This document shows positions 8,816-18,326 of a stretch of 64,000 nucleotides of DNA, piece by piece. Position 1 is the first letter of the stretch; each line of letters begins with the position of its first letter. A program made the translations under genes and the position numbers. Under the pieces are notes generated by a model that did not search any database, was not told the origin of the DNA, and saw nothing but the letters and a program-made list of their open reading frames with translations. Origin of the DNA: Nitrososphaerota archaeon (GTDB lineage Archaea > Thermoproteota > Nitrososphaeria_A > Caldarchaeales > Calditenuaceae); contig JBEPYO010000001.1 in NCBI GenBank assembly GCA_041641295.1, positions 1,344,001-1,408,000 of the forward strand, written 5' to 3'.

Positions 8816-9997
8816 ATGAGCAAAGTATCGGTCGCAATATCAGCAGTCTCTCTCGCCCTCGTTGCAATTCTATTCCTTCAAGTCCTTGATTACCAGCAAA
8901 ACTTGACGGCGCTCACTTCTCAAATAGCTAAGCTGGAATCAGCTATAGAGTCTCTTAGAAGAGACCTGCAGGAGGCGAGAGCAGAGATAAGTTCGATTGA
9001 GAATTCCAGGCCAGGTCAGACAACGGTAGTAACAATTCAGTATAATGTGACGCGGGTTTACGAGCTGGTTAAAGACTCTGTGGTAGAGATAAGGACACTC
9101 TATAGGTTTGGAGAATCTGTAGGCTCAGGATTTATCTACGACTCGCAGGGGCACGTAGTCACGAATAATCACGTAGTGGAGGGCGGGTTGGAGTACTATG
9201 TCTACTTTATCGATGGGAGTGCTTATACGGCACGGCTGGTGGGGAGGGACCCTGACACAGACTTAGCGGTCTTGAAGATAGTTACAGGAGATGAGAATAA
9301 GTCATTCAAGCCTTTAAGGCTCGGCAACTCAAGCGCACTCCAGATTGGCGAGCAGATAATCGTGATCGGCAACCCCTTTGAGCTGACAGGCAGCGTTACG
9401 ACCGGCATTGTAAGCCAGAAGGGTAGGCTTTTACCGTCAAGTAGAGGATATCTCATCCCGGGAATAATACAGATTGATGCTGCAGTTAATCCTGGAAACT
9501 CTGGGGGACCCATACTCAATATGAGGGGTGAGGTTGTAGGTGTTGCTACTGCTATAGAGTCGACGACGGGACAGTTCGCGGGGATTGGGTACGCAGTATC
9601 ATCGAACGTCGTGAAACGTATAGTCCCCGCCCTAATAGAGAAGGGCAAATACGTCCACAGTTATCTAGGTATATCCGGTAGGGAGATAGACTCGCTCGTT
9701 GCTAGAGAACTCGGAATCGGAGTGAATAAGGGGTTGCTGGTGGAGAGCGTAGTTCCAAACGGCCCGGCAGATAGAGCCGGTATTAGGGGAGGCTCAAGAA
9801 CCCTAGTTATTGCGGGGAGAGAGTATAGGGTTGGGGGAGATGTTATAGTTGCGATAGATGGTACTGCAATCACCAGTATGGATGACCTGTTGACGTATAT
9901 GGTTGAGAAGACAAGCCCGGGTGATACTGTGTTGCTGACTATTCTTAGGGGTGGTGAGACATTAAAAGTTGCTGTGGTGTTGGGGGAGCGTCCCTAG
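8816..9997 (+). CDS. htrA: HtrA/DegP-like serine protease with PDZ domain, membrane-anchored
   Basis: N-terminal TM and coiled coil; triad TNNHVV / DTDLAV / GNSGGP; C-terminal PDZ (YLGI...GPADRAG...GDVI). Confidence 0.93.
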   Translation: MSKVSVAISAVSLALVAILFLQVLDYQQNLTALTSQIAKLESAIESLRRDLQEARAEISSIENSRPGQTTVVTIQYNVTRVYELVKDSVVEIRTLYRFGESVGSGFIYDSQGHVVTNNHVVEGGLEYYVYFIDGSAYTARLVGRDPDTDLAVLKIVTGDENKSFKPLRLGNSSALQIGEQIIVIGNPFELTGSVTTGIVSQKGRLLPSSRGYLIPGIIQIDAAVNPGNSGGPILNMRGEVVGVATAIESTTGQFAGIGYAVSSNVVKRIVPALIEKGKYVHSYLGISGREIDSLVARELGIGVNKGLLVESVVPNGPADRAGIRGGSRTLVIAGREYRVGGDVIVAIDGTAITSMDDLLTYMVEKTSPGDTVLLTILRGGETLKVAVVLGERP

Positions 9998-12150
9998 AGT
10001 ATTATTAGCCCAATCATGAAGAGCGGTATGAAGACTAGTGAGAGCGTGTTGAGCAGCTTTATCAGGATATGTAGGCTCGGCGCGTAGGTGTCCTTCATTG
10101 GGTCTCCCAGAGTATCGCCTACGACCGCCGCCTTGTGAGCATCTGTGCCCTTCTTTCCACCAATCTCGAGGAGCTTTTTCGCATTATCCATCGCCGCGCC
10201 TCCATAGAACCCCATGATAGCAAGCGGTATCGCAGATATCGTCGCACCTAGGACCAGGGCGCCAACCGCCTTCCAACCCAGCAATATTCCCAGCAGGATC
10301 GGGGAAAGGGTTACGGTCAAAGTGGGTGCAATCATCAGCCTCAACGCCGTTGAAGTGGAGATATCGACACACCTCCCATATTCCGGCCTACCGCTCCCAT
10401 CCATTATACCTGGTATCGTTGCAAACTGTCTCCTCACCTCCTCCACCATGCGGTATGCGCCGCTGGCCACAGCGTTCATCGCCTGACCCGAGAAGAGGAA
10501 TGGAATCATACCGCCTATGAAGAGTCCGATGACCACGGCCGGAGAGTTGAGCTGGAGACCTGAGCTGAGCTCCTCGACGCTCTCTAAGAGGCTCTCAGCC
10601 TCCTGCGGCCCTATGTGTACCAGCTCATAGATGCCTGCCATATATCTCGCCACTTCGAGGAGGAAGGCTTGGAATAGAAGTAGGGCCGCCAGAGCCGCTG
10701 AGCCCATCGCATAAGACTTTGTGAGCGCCTTGGTCGTGTTGCCCAGCGCGTCAAGAGGCTCAAGCCTCTCTCTAATAGCCGGTTCAGCGTTAGCCATCTC
10801 CGCTATTCCTCCAGCATTATCCACTATCGGCCCCACACCATCCATGGTCAAGATGAACCCCGCGGTTGAGAGCATTCCCATGGTTGCCATGGTTGTCCCA
10901 TAGATTCCCCCGAGTAGTGGGTCTCCGAGGCCAGAAAGACTAGACCAGTAGCTGCCGAGAATAAACGACAAGGCCACAGCCACGACAACGGTAGCAACGG
11001 GAAGCATTGACGAGATCATGCCAGTCGATATCCCAGTCATCGCGGTAAGGGCTGGGCCTGACTGAGAGCTCTGCGCAATAGTTGAGACGTATCTAGATTT
11101 TAATCCTGTGTAAAACTCGCTATAAAACATTATCAAGATGCCCGCAACTAGACCGATGAGCATGGTAACGTAAAGCGGCAGGCCCTGAGGGCCGAATATG
11201 AACCAGCTGGCCAGATACATCATGATAGCCGCTAATATGCCGGTAACTATCAGGCCTTCCCGCAGCGGCCCAATCGCCTCTTTGAACCCCCGCTTCGAGA
11301 CAGCCCAAAAGACTCCAACAAAAGTGGCTATAACTCCGAGGGCTCTAATGATGAGTGGTGTGACAACATACAACTCATTGATACCGTTAAACAACACTAT
11401 AGACACTACAAGCGCTATTATCATTCCCCCAAGGTTCTCGGCCGTGACCGACTCGAAGAGGTCAGCTCCCCTGCCCGCCTCGTCTCCAACATTGTCGCCA
11501 ACCAAGTCGGCTATGACTGCAGGATTTCTAGGATCGTCCTCCGGGATGCCTGCCTCCACTTTTCCCACGAGGTCTGCGCCAATGTCGGCGCTCTTCGTGT
11601 AGATCCCACCGCCTAGCTGGGCGAATAGTGCGGCCAAGCTAGCTCCGAACCCGAAGCCGGCCAAGAGCCCCGGGTCCCTGAAAACTACATAGAGGATAGA
11701 GAGGCCCAGAAGGCTCATCGCGATCACTGCGAGACCCAGCGAGGCTCCTCCGAGTGTCGCAACTCTCAGCGCCTGAACGCTGCCCTGAAACGCCGCATAT
11801 GTTGTCCTCACATTGGCCCTCGTCGCCGCATCCATTGCTATAAACGCCGCGATAAGGGAGAAGCAGACGCCAAGTAGGAAGCTGCCGGCCATAGCGATAC
11901 CATACCTCAGCCCGCCCAGCTGTGGGAAGATGGAGAAGCTGCCCAGAATCAGGACCGCCAGAGCAGCTGCAATAATGGCGATAGTCCTGAACTGCCTCCT
12001 AAGATACGCACTAGACCCCTCCCGGATAGCACGCCAAATAGCAACAAAGCTCTCAGGCCCCTTAGGGAGCCTCTCCACATAGACGATGAGGAGGACCGAA
12101 GCAATAGCACCCAGCGACCCCACTGTAACCGTAAAGACTAGTGGATCCAT
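9994..12150 (-). CDS. hppA: Membrane-bound H+-translocating pyrophosphatase, K+-independent type
   Basis: GGIYTKSADIGADLVGKVEAGIPEDDPRN, DLVGDNVGD and GDTLGDPMKD. GNTTK carries Lys at the K+-dependence position, indicating K+ independence. Confidence 0.96.
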   Translation of the reverse strand: MDPLVFTVTVGSLGAIASVLLIVYVERLPKGPESFVAIWRAIREGSSAYLRRQFRTIAIIAAALAVLILGSFSIFPQLGGLRYGIAMAGSFLLGVCFSLIAAFIAMDAATRANVRTTYAAFQGSVQALRVATLGGASLGLAVIAMSLLGLSILYVVFRDPGLLAGFGFGASLAALFAQLGGGIYTKSADIGADLVGKVEAGIPEDDPRNPAVIADLVGDNVGDEAGRGADLFESVTAENLGGMIIALVVSIVLFNGINELYVVTPLIIRALGVIATFVGVFWAVSKRGFKEAIGPLREGLIVTGILAAIMMYLASWFIFGPQGLPLYVTMLIGLVAGILIMFYSEFYTGLKSRYVSTIAQSSQSGPALTAMTGISTGMISSMLPVATVVVAVALSFILGSYWSSLSGLGDPLLGGIYGTTMATMGMLSTAGFILTMDGVGPIVDNAGGIAEMANAEPAIRERLEPLDALGNTTKALTKSYAMGSAALAALLLFQAFLLEVARYMAGIYELVHIGPQEAESLLESVEELSSGLQLNSPAVVIGLFIGGMIPFLFSGQAMNAVASGAYRMVEEVRRQFATIPGIMDGSGRPEYGRCVDISTSTALRLMIAPTLTVTLSPILLGILLGWKAVGALVLGATISAIPLAIMGFYGGAAMDNAKKLLEIGGKKGTDAHKAAVVGDTLGDPMKDTYAPSLHILIKLLNTLSLVFIPLFMIGLIIL

Positions 12151-12357
12151 AGCACATTACCTTAAACTATAGGGGAAGTATATAGAGGCAATCTCCACCG
12201 ACGAGCTCTAGTTGAACGCCTCTCCCGCAGTTAAGAAGAAGTCGAACTTCCTGATTAGTAACTCATACGTAAAAATTCATGAAGTATTATGCATTATAAA
12301 GGAAAAAAATAAATTTTAGCATAACATTGGAGAATCGAAGGAGGTGTTTGAAAAAAT

Positions 12358-12897
12358 ATGCAGTCGAGTAAATGGGCTTCACGCTTTATAGGAGCAGCGA
12401 TCGTCCAAGGAGCAATCGCCACGCTGATTACCCTATACATCGTCATCGGGCAGGTTTTCTTCCTGAAACCTGAGCCCAGCCGAGTCATAGCATTCGGGTC
12501 GGCCGGTATGTGGTTTACGATGGGCTATGTGACGTATCTCATAGTCGGCGTTATGGGTGTCGCCGTCACAGCGCTCTTCTACCACTATATTGAATCGGTC
12601 TTGGGGAAGCCATATACAGGACTCGCCGACAAGCTAGCCTGGGCCCATCTGGTCTTGATGAACATTGGGGTAATTGGCGCGACTGGCCTGATGATGCTGG
12701 GCGGATACCTCGGTGGGGCCTCGATGCTTCCACCGGAGGTGGGTGGCAAGGGATGGAACCCCGGACAGGTTCACACGAACGTCTTCTACAGCATACCGAT
12801 GGGGTATCCCTTCTGGATAACAGTATTCATAATACTGCTCGCCCTCGGAGTGCTATTAGGCGGCCTCGGATACGTCATCAGATGGAGGAGCAAATAA
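12358..12897 (+). CDS. 4-TM membrane protein, distantly similar to the C-terminal helices of heme-copper oxidase subunit I
   Basis: Strong SD (GGAGGTG); four TMs; LAWAHLVLMNIG segment. The family call is tentative. Confidence 0.6.
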   Translation: MQSSKWASRFIGAAIVQGAIATLITLYIVIGQVFFLKPEPSRVIAFGSAGMWFTMGYVTYLIVGVMGVAVTALFYHYIESVLGKPYTGLADKLAWAHLVLMNIGVIGATGLMMLGGYLGGASMLPPEVGGKGWNPGQVHTNVFYSIPMGYPFWITVFIILLALGVLLGGLGYVIRWRSK

Positions 12898-13049
12898 TCG
12901 AACCTGAAAAACAAGCGACCAAAATCACCCGGCAATCTATTCAAAATTTTATTAGCTCAGGAACTACTCGTTAATTGAACTCTATCCATTAACACCGGAT
13001 ACCGACACAAAAATTTTCATCTCCATCCATACTATCTCCGAGTAGAAGT

Positions 13050-13123
13050 TGGGCCCGGTGGGATTCGAACCCACGACCTACCGGTTATGAGCCGGCCGCT
13101 CCACCTGGCTGAGCTACGGGCCC
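13050..13123 (-). tRNA. tRNA with CAU anticodon, most likely tRNA-Ile2; no intron, CCA not encoded
   Basis: Minus strand reads GGGCCCGTAGCTCAGCCAGGTGGAGCGGCCGGCTCATAACCGGTAGGTCGTGGGTTCGAATCCCACCGGGCCCA, a complete cloverleaf. The GGGCCC acceptor stem is typical of archaeal Ile tRNAs rather than Met. Confidence 0.92.
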
Positions 13124-13233
13124 GTCGCAGCAGCCCTCTCAGCTATAATTTTCTACTGGGAGTAATTTAAGGTATCGCGTTCTTAGGCTCAGTAAAGCTT
13201 TAGTGGCGGGCTTGTCTTCTGCAGTGGGAAGTT

Positions 13234-14967
13234 ATGAGGCGTGAGGATAGTAAGTCCGAGATAGCCTCTATCTTGAGGGCGGTTTCCTCACCCATCAGAC
13301 TCTCAATCATCGAGGCCCTGAACACGTCACAGATGAACTTCTCCGAGTTGATAAAATATGCCGGTTTAAGCGAGCGGGGCGATGTGGGAAAATTTACATA
13401 CCATCTTAAGACAATGCTGAGGGCAGGTCTCATTGAATATTCAAGCAAGTCTCGTGTGTACTCACTAACGCCTCTCGGAAGGAGAGTGGTGGAGGTAGTG
13501 CATAGCCTTCAACGTAAGTCTGTGTCGGGCGAGTTAGTGATGCTTAGCTGGGACTACTCACTGGAGCCAATCAACAGAAACATCATAGCCGAACAACTCG
13601 TGGAGGCGGTTCAAATCCCCGCAGACCTAGCCCGCAGGGTGGGAATCCTAGTCGAGAAGAGGTTAGTGGAGTTGCAGACACTTATGATCCCCAAATGGCT
13701 TGTTGAAGATCTCATCAGAATAGAGCTACTCTCCAGCAATATTGAGCTGGAGAAGATATCAAACGTCATGCCATCAGGCCCCACGATCAGGGAGCTCCAC
13801 AACGCTTTTCACAGATCCACTGAAGTTAAAAGTCTGAAGCCGCTAAACAACTACATCTTTGACACAGTCATGAGGACACTGATTGTTGAGAAACTCTTCC
13901 CAAAACAGCTTAAACAACACTATTGTCTGGGAGAACTCGACCTGTATCCCTTATCCCGAGGCCCCACACAAATCTTCAGCATCTCACTCGCCGAATATGA
14001 CGAGAGTGTTATCCCAAGAGTTTTTGAGCTGGTGTACAACGACGTTGTTATACAACCGGGTGTCGACTTAGAATTAAGGCATTATCCAATCTCTTCCTAC
14101 TCTTTTCCCGGGGACATCTACATTCTAATCGAGGGGGCTCCCCAAATTATAGCCCAACACTCCGAAAAATGGTGGAATGGTCATAGGGCTGGTGAGGTCT
14201 TAAAGAGATGTGAGTGGGCGGACAAGGTGAGTCTAGGATTGCCTGTGCGGGATTCAAGCCCGATTGTCTACACCCTCTATCGAGGTGATAAGACCCTCTT
14301 CACACAATACGTCATCAAGACTTATGTTTCGGGGGGTTTTGGGGTTCACTCCTTCATCGGTCTAAACCTTTTGCGACTGTTAGATAATAACGTGTTCGAT
14401 GAGTCTATAATGCTTCAAAGGGTGTCTCCGATTCTTGAAAGGCTGGGCAGATACTTGGAGCGGTGTACCAATTATCTCTACAAGTTCCATAAGGATGCTC
14501 CGAGGATGCAGCTGCTCTATTTACTGGCTCCTGTGGGCTTGGTCGAGGCTATGAGGTCGTTGTTAACACGGTCAAACAGTATGGAGGAGGTATACCATTT
14601 GTTAGCTAGCGTCATGGGGTGTCTGGCAAGGGCTGTCAACAGTGTTTCATCTCTCCGGGGAAGAGTCGTGATAGCCTCGAGCTGGCCACAGCAGTTATCA
14701 GATAGGCTCTACTCAATCGATAAGGTTCTTGCGACTAACGGTCTCTCCCCTACCGCGGAAATAAGAGAGCCGTTAAACCGTTACTGCAACGATCTCTCAG
14801 AAATATTTTTAGCACTGAATCTAGATCGTCTGCAAGATCTTGTTCAGCTATTAGGTGGGATGGTGTTGGAGGATGTGGTGGTGGAAAGGCTCGCGGAGCT
14901 ACATGGGAGAGAGCCTATAATGGATCTATTACAGTCGCTCCCCATACTGCTGAGAACTCAGTCTTAG
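13234..14967 (+). CDS. ArsR-type wHTH + ATP-cone + degenerate class III ribonucleotide reductase-like domain
   Basis: wHTH (SSPIRLSII...GKFTYHLKTMLRAGLI); ATP-cone-like (LEPINRNIIAEQL...LARRV...LVEDLIRIEL); NrdD-like LFPKQLKQHYCLGELDLYPL; no glycyl-radical RxxGY motif. Confidence 0.7.
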   Translation: MRREDSKSEIASILRAVSSPIRLSIIEALNTSQMNFSELIKYAGLSERGDVGKFTYHLKTMLRAGLIEYSSKSRVYSLTPLGRRVVEVVHSLQRKSVSGELVMLSWDYSLEPINRNIIAEQLVEAVQIPADLARRVGILVEKRLVELQTLMIPKWLVEDLIRIELLSSNIELEKISNVMPSGPTIRELHNAFHRSTEVKSLKPLNNYIFDTVMRTLIVEKLFPKQLKQHYCLGELDLYPLSRGPTQIFSISLAEYDESVIPRVFELVYNDVVIQPGVDLELRHYPISSYSFPGDIYILIEGAPQIIAQHSEKWWNGHRAGEVLKRCEWADKVSLGLPVRDSSPIVYTLYRGDKTLFTQYVIKTYVSGGFGVHSFIGLNLLRLLDNNVFDESIMLQRVSPILERLGRYLERCTNYLYKFHKDAPRMQLLYLLAPVGLVEAMRSLLTRSNSMEEVYHLLASVMGCLARAVNSVSSLRGRVVIASSWPQQLSDRLYSIDKVLATNGLSPTAEIREPLNRYCNDLSEIFLALNLDRLQDLVQLLGGMVLEDVVVERLAELHGREPIMDLLQSLPILLRTQS

Positions 14968-14973
14968 GCAGGT

Positions 14974-15348
14974 TCAGGTCTTCTGCGTCCTAAGGCTCAT
15001 TATAGCGCGAGCTAGGTCTCCTCCAGACTCTATGAGGGCTCTCCTAGCCTCATCTGGCTCAACGCCTGCTTGGGCTGCGACTAGTGCTATATCCTCTGGG
15101 CTCGGCTCGTATGCGGGCTTTCCCAGCTCTTCTTTTTGAGGCTCAAACTCTTCCCCACCCACGATCTGGTATATTCTACCGGCCTGAGAGTTAATGGCCA
15201 CGACAGCGGGTCCACTAATTTTGATTGTCCTGTCTTGAAGCTCTATTGTGACTTCTTTTGCAAGTCCCAGCTCCTCCATTGAAACCCCCAGACTGCTAAG
15301 CATTCTCTCCTGCATCCTTCTTAACTCTCGTGGACTAGGTCTTCTCAC
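14974..15348 (-). CDS. nac: Nascent polypeptide-associated complex protein
   Basis: PRELRRM...YQIVG NAC domain plus UBA-like EDIALVAAQAGV...GDLARAIM. Confidence 0.93.
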   Translation of the reverse strand: MRRPSPRELRRMQERMLSSLGVSMEELGLAKEVTIELQDRTIKISGPAVVAINSQAGRIYQIVGGEEFEPQKEELGKPAYEPSPEDIALVAAQAGVEPDEARRALIESGGDLARAIMSLRTQKT

Positions 15349-15446
15349 TTCCGCAGCGACATACAGTTTATCGTCGGCATGATATATGGTTTTTAGTCGT
15401 GAGGGAGGAAATACTTATCAAGCTTAGAGTGAAATAATATGTTGGG

Positions 15447-16712
15447 TTGACTCAAGTCTCTGACCTTTATGCCTTCATACCCGTAGGGGGAGTAGCTAAG
15501 AGGCTTCAGCCCCTAACCCTCGAGGTGTCTAAAGCCCTAGTGAGGTTTCTAGGGAGACCACTTATCGAGTATACAATTATCCACCTAGCACAGCAGGGGA
15601 TTAGGAACTTCATCTTCGGTGTGAAGGGGTATATAAATTATCGCTCTCTCTTCGATTATTTCCAAGAGGGGCATGGAATCTCCCTAAAATACGGAATCAC
15701 GCCGAGAATTTCTATAAAATATCAGCCAAACATAGATGATGTTGGAAACGCCGACAGCTTTCTTATCAACTTGGACTATTATGACATAAACACTCCTGTC
15801 CTAGTTGCACAAGGTGATAATATCTTCAACCTAGATTTGAAGGCTTTATTGGCTTTTCATGAGGAGAACTCGGCATTCGTCACAGTTGGTGTTAAGCGTG
15901 TAGCAGACCCATCTGCCTACGGGGTGGTTGAGGTGGATGGTAAGGGCAGGGTTAATGGATTTGTGGAGAAGCCCCCACGTGGCGAGGAGCCATCAAACCT
16001 AGCCAGCACGGGAGTCTATCTCTTCTCACCAGACGTTAGGCGTATCTGTTTAGACCCTGAAGTCAGGGCGAGGAAGGCCACCCTTCGGCGCCTTGACTTC
16101 GGATTAGATCTTATCCCCTACCTCATCAAGAAAGGGTATCGAGTGTATGCCTACGAGATGAGGGGCGAGTGGTATGATGTTGGAACGCCCGAGCTCTATC
16201 TCGAGTCGATGATGCGCATTATGAATAGTGGCTTGATGAACATTTTTTTCGGCGAGCCAACATACGAGTCGGGGGGCTCCAAGCTCTGGATACTCGGTCA
16301 GAGCCTGGCGTCGATGCGCAGGAGGGATGAGATTCTCAGGAAGGTGAAGGAGGGGAAAATCAAGATTGATGGCAATGTCCTCATTGGTAGGCATTGCCAG
16401 ATTGGTGACGACGTAATCATTGGCGACGCATATATTGATAACTATTGTTTCATCGGGGATGGTGTAACAATTGAGAGGTCAGCGCTTCATGACCGAGTTT
16501 ATGTGGGTGAGGGTGCCTATATACAGGATTCAATAATTGCGCGTCACGTGAAGATATTATCTTCGAGAATCGAGCCCACCGTGATTCTAGGCGTAAGCGT
16601 TGTTGGAGACAACTCGGTAATCGAGAAGGGCTCAGTTCTCACTAATGCCCGGATAGAGCCCCACTCCCACGTCTCACGGGAGGCAGTAATCGCGAAGAGG
16701 GAGACCGCCTAG
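15447..16712 (+). CDS. Sugar-phosphate nucleotidyltransferase with hexapeptide repeats
   Basis: GGVAKRLQPLT...KAL, GDNI, YGVV, FVEKP and WYDVGT; C-terminal left-handed beta-helix. Confidence 0.92.
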   Translation: MTQVSDLYAFIPVGGVAKRLQPLTLEVSKALVRFLGRPLIEYTIIHLAQQGIRNFIFGVKGYINYRSLFDYFQEGHGISLKYGITPRISIKYQPNIDDVGNADSFLINLDYYDINTPVLVAQGDNIFNLDLKALLAFHEENSAFVTVGVKRVADPSAYGVVEVDGKGRVNGFVEKPPRGEEPSNLASTGVYLFSPDVRRICLDPEVRARKATLRRLDFGLDLIPYLIKKGYRVYAYEMRGEWYDVGTPELYLESMMRIMNSGLMNIFFGEPTYESGGSKLWILGQSLASMRRRDEILRKVKEGKIKIDGNVLIGRHCQIGDDVIIGDAYIDNYCFIGDGVTIERSALHDRVYVGEGAYIQDSIIARHVKILSSRIEPTVILGVSVVGDNSVIEKGSVLTNARIEPHSHVSREAVIAKRETA

Positions 16713-16753
16713 GGACTAGTCGCATCCTGCCACGAGATACAATTAAAGGGGTT

Positions 16754-16993
16754 TTAGCCGGGACGCTGTTTTTTCGGCTCCTCTACATAGATGGCGGTTA
16801 TTATGTGGGCATTCCCTCCACAGTTAGGGCACTTCTCCTCGACATTTTTGAATATATAGTCGCCATCCTTGTGTGGCCTCGTGTGTATCGAACCGCAGCT
16901 CACGCATTTCAGCTGGGTGATGGGGTTGAATGGCACTGCCCTAGCCTTGGTGATGGACCCCTCCTGCCCTACACCGCTTATATTAAATCTCAT
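16754..16993 (-). CDS. Small zinc-ribbon protein
   Basis: CVSCG...RPHKDGDYIFK...CPNCGG...ITAIY; 11 nt downstream of the DUF1512 gene. Confidence 0.75.
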   Translation of the reverse strand: MRFNISGVGQEGSITKARAVPFNPITQLKCVSCGSIHTRPHKDGDYIFKNVEEKCPNCGGNAHIITAIYVEEPKKQRPG

Positions 16994-17004
16994 GCAGCAC
17001 TCAC

Positions 17005-18177
17005 CTAGATCCCAACGCCGATAGTGTTTCCTATACCGGCTACAATTGCAGTCCCATTAGAGGGGACTTTATCGCGGATCAACTCCTTCACACGATTCAC
17101 GACAGAGTCTGCGGATTTTACAATACTCTCCCTCATGGGCGTTATCGCCTCCAGTATCGACTGGTATATCACGATGGCGTAGAGGGGGACGTTCTTCTCC
17201 TTTGCAATGGTCTCGATCTTGAATTTGTCGATACCCGGCCCGCCTATGGCTACGCCAACTCCCTCGGCTATCTTCCCAGTCTCTTCGCCCTCCAGCTTCA
17301 ATGCCGCATCAATAGTAATTATCAAGTCTGGCTTGGTGTCCATCTCGTAGATCAGCTTCTTCACAGCCTCGCCCGGCCTCCCAACTGTCCCACCCGGCCC
17401 GATAGGCCTCACAACATACACCTTCCTACCCTCAAACTCGACTACCTCGAGCCAAGTATCCTTAGCTATCTCCATGTCAGATATCTTCTTACTCTCCCGC
17501 ACAAACTTCGCGGCCGATAGCACACCTATCCCGTCTCCTATCGGTAGGCCTTTGAGGAAGGCGTATGATGCCTGCCTATACGACTCTGCCAGCTCCATTA
17601 TCATTGGGAGCTGTATCTGTATCTGTACAGCCAAGAAGTAGTTAGCCATCCTTTTACCCAGCAGATAATAGTGCCGGACAACCCTGTAGATGATGTTGAG
17701 AGCCCTAGCCACCTCTACTAGGTTTGAGAGGCTCTTGACACGGTGAATATCGGCCTTCGGCGCCATCCTAGAAACAGTCTCCTCGAAACGAGAATCACCG
17801 ATCTCGAGGATGTGCTCTAGCTTATACACTATGCCGGACGGATCCATAGACTCCGGTGGAATATAGAAGAATTCTAACAAGTTTTCCAGCTCTTTTTCAA
17901 TTGCAGCCGAGTCCTTATTGTCGTCAACATATAGCTTGAGTGTGCTTATTGTCCTCTCTTTCACCTCGTCTCTGATCTGTTTAAGAACTGCCAGCCTCTT
18001 CTCAATATATCTCAGGATGAATGCCAGCTGTGTCTTCTGCCCGAAGTAGGGGTAGATGAAGAAGAAGGTTAGGAGGAATAAGAACCATAGTAGTTGGAAT
18101 AGGACCGAAACGTTGTCTCCTGAAGTGGGTGCGAGTGTTACCACAGCTCCTCCTTTAAGTCTTCTCACGATGCTCAT
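17005..18177 (-). CDS. DUF1512 family protein
   Basis: N-terminal TM; PESMDPSGI, PIGDGIG, GPGGTVGRPG, IDAALKLEGE, GVGVAIGGPG and GIGNTIGVG. Confidence 0.85.
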   Translation of the reverse strand: MSIVRRLKGGAVVTLAPTSGDNVSVLFQLLWFLFLLTFFFIYPYFGQKTQLAFILRYIEKRLAVLKQIRDEVKERTISTLKLYVDDNKDSAAIEKELENLLEFFYIPPESMDPSGIVYKLEHILEIGDSRFEETVSRMAPKADIHRVKSLSNLVEVARALNIIYRVVRHYYLLGKRMANYFLAVQIQIQLPMIMELAESYRQASYAFLKGLPIGDGIGVLSAAKFVRESKKISDMEIAKDTWLEVVEFEGRKVYVVRPIGPGGTVGRPGEAVKKLIYEMDTKPDLIITIDAALKLEGEETGKIAEGVGVAIGGPGIDKFKIETIAKEKNVPLYAIVIYQSILEAITPMRESIVKSADSVVNRVKELIRDKVPSNGTAIVAGIGNTIGVGI

Positions 18178-18326
18178 AAATATATCTTCGGCGATTGTTT
18201 GCTGGTGATTGACAGAGAAAATCTTTAGGGATTGGCTCCTTTGCTGGAGGAGGGGGGTCGCCGCCCTGTCGTGGGGGAAAGTTTAAGGGTCAGTGATAGA
18301 GGTTAGGTTAAGGTTTAGGGTATAGT

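Noticed and set aside
13050-13123. tRNA-Met call, or an integrated element at this tRNA
   Set aside because: The acceptor stem is Ile-type with no initiator features; no duplicated 3' end or integrase was found.
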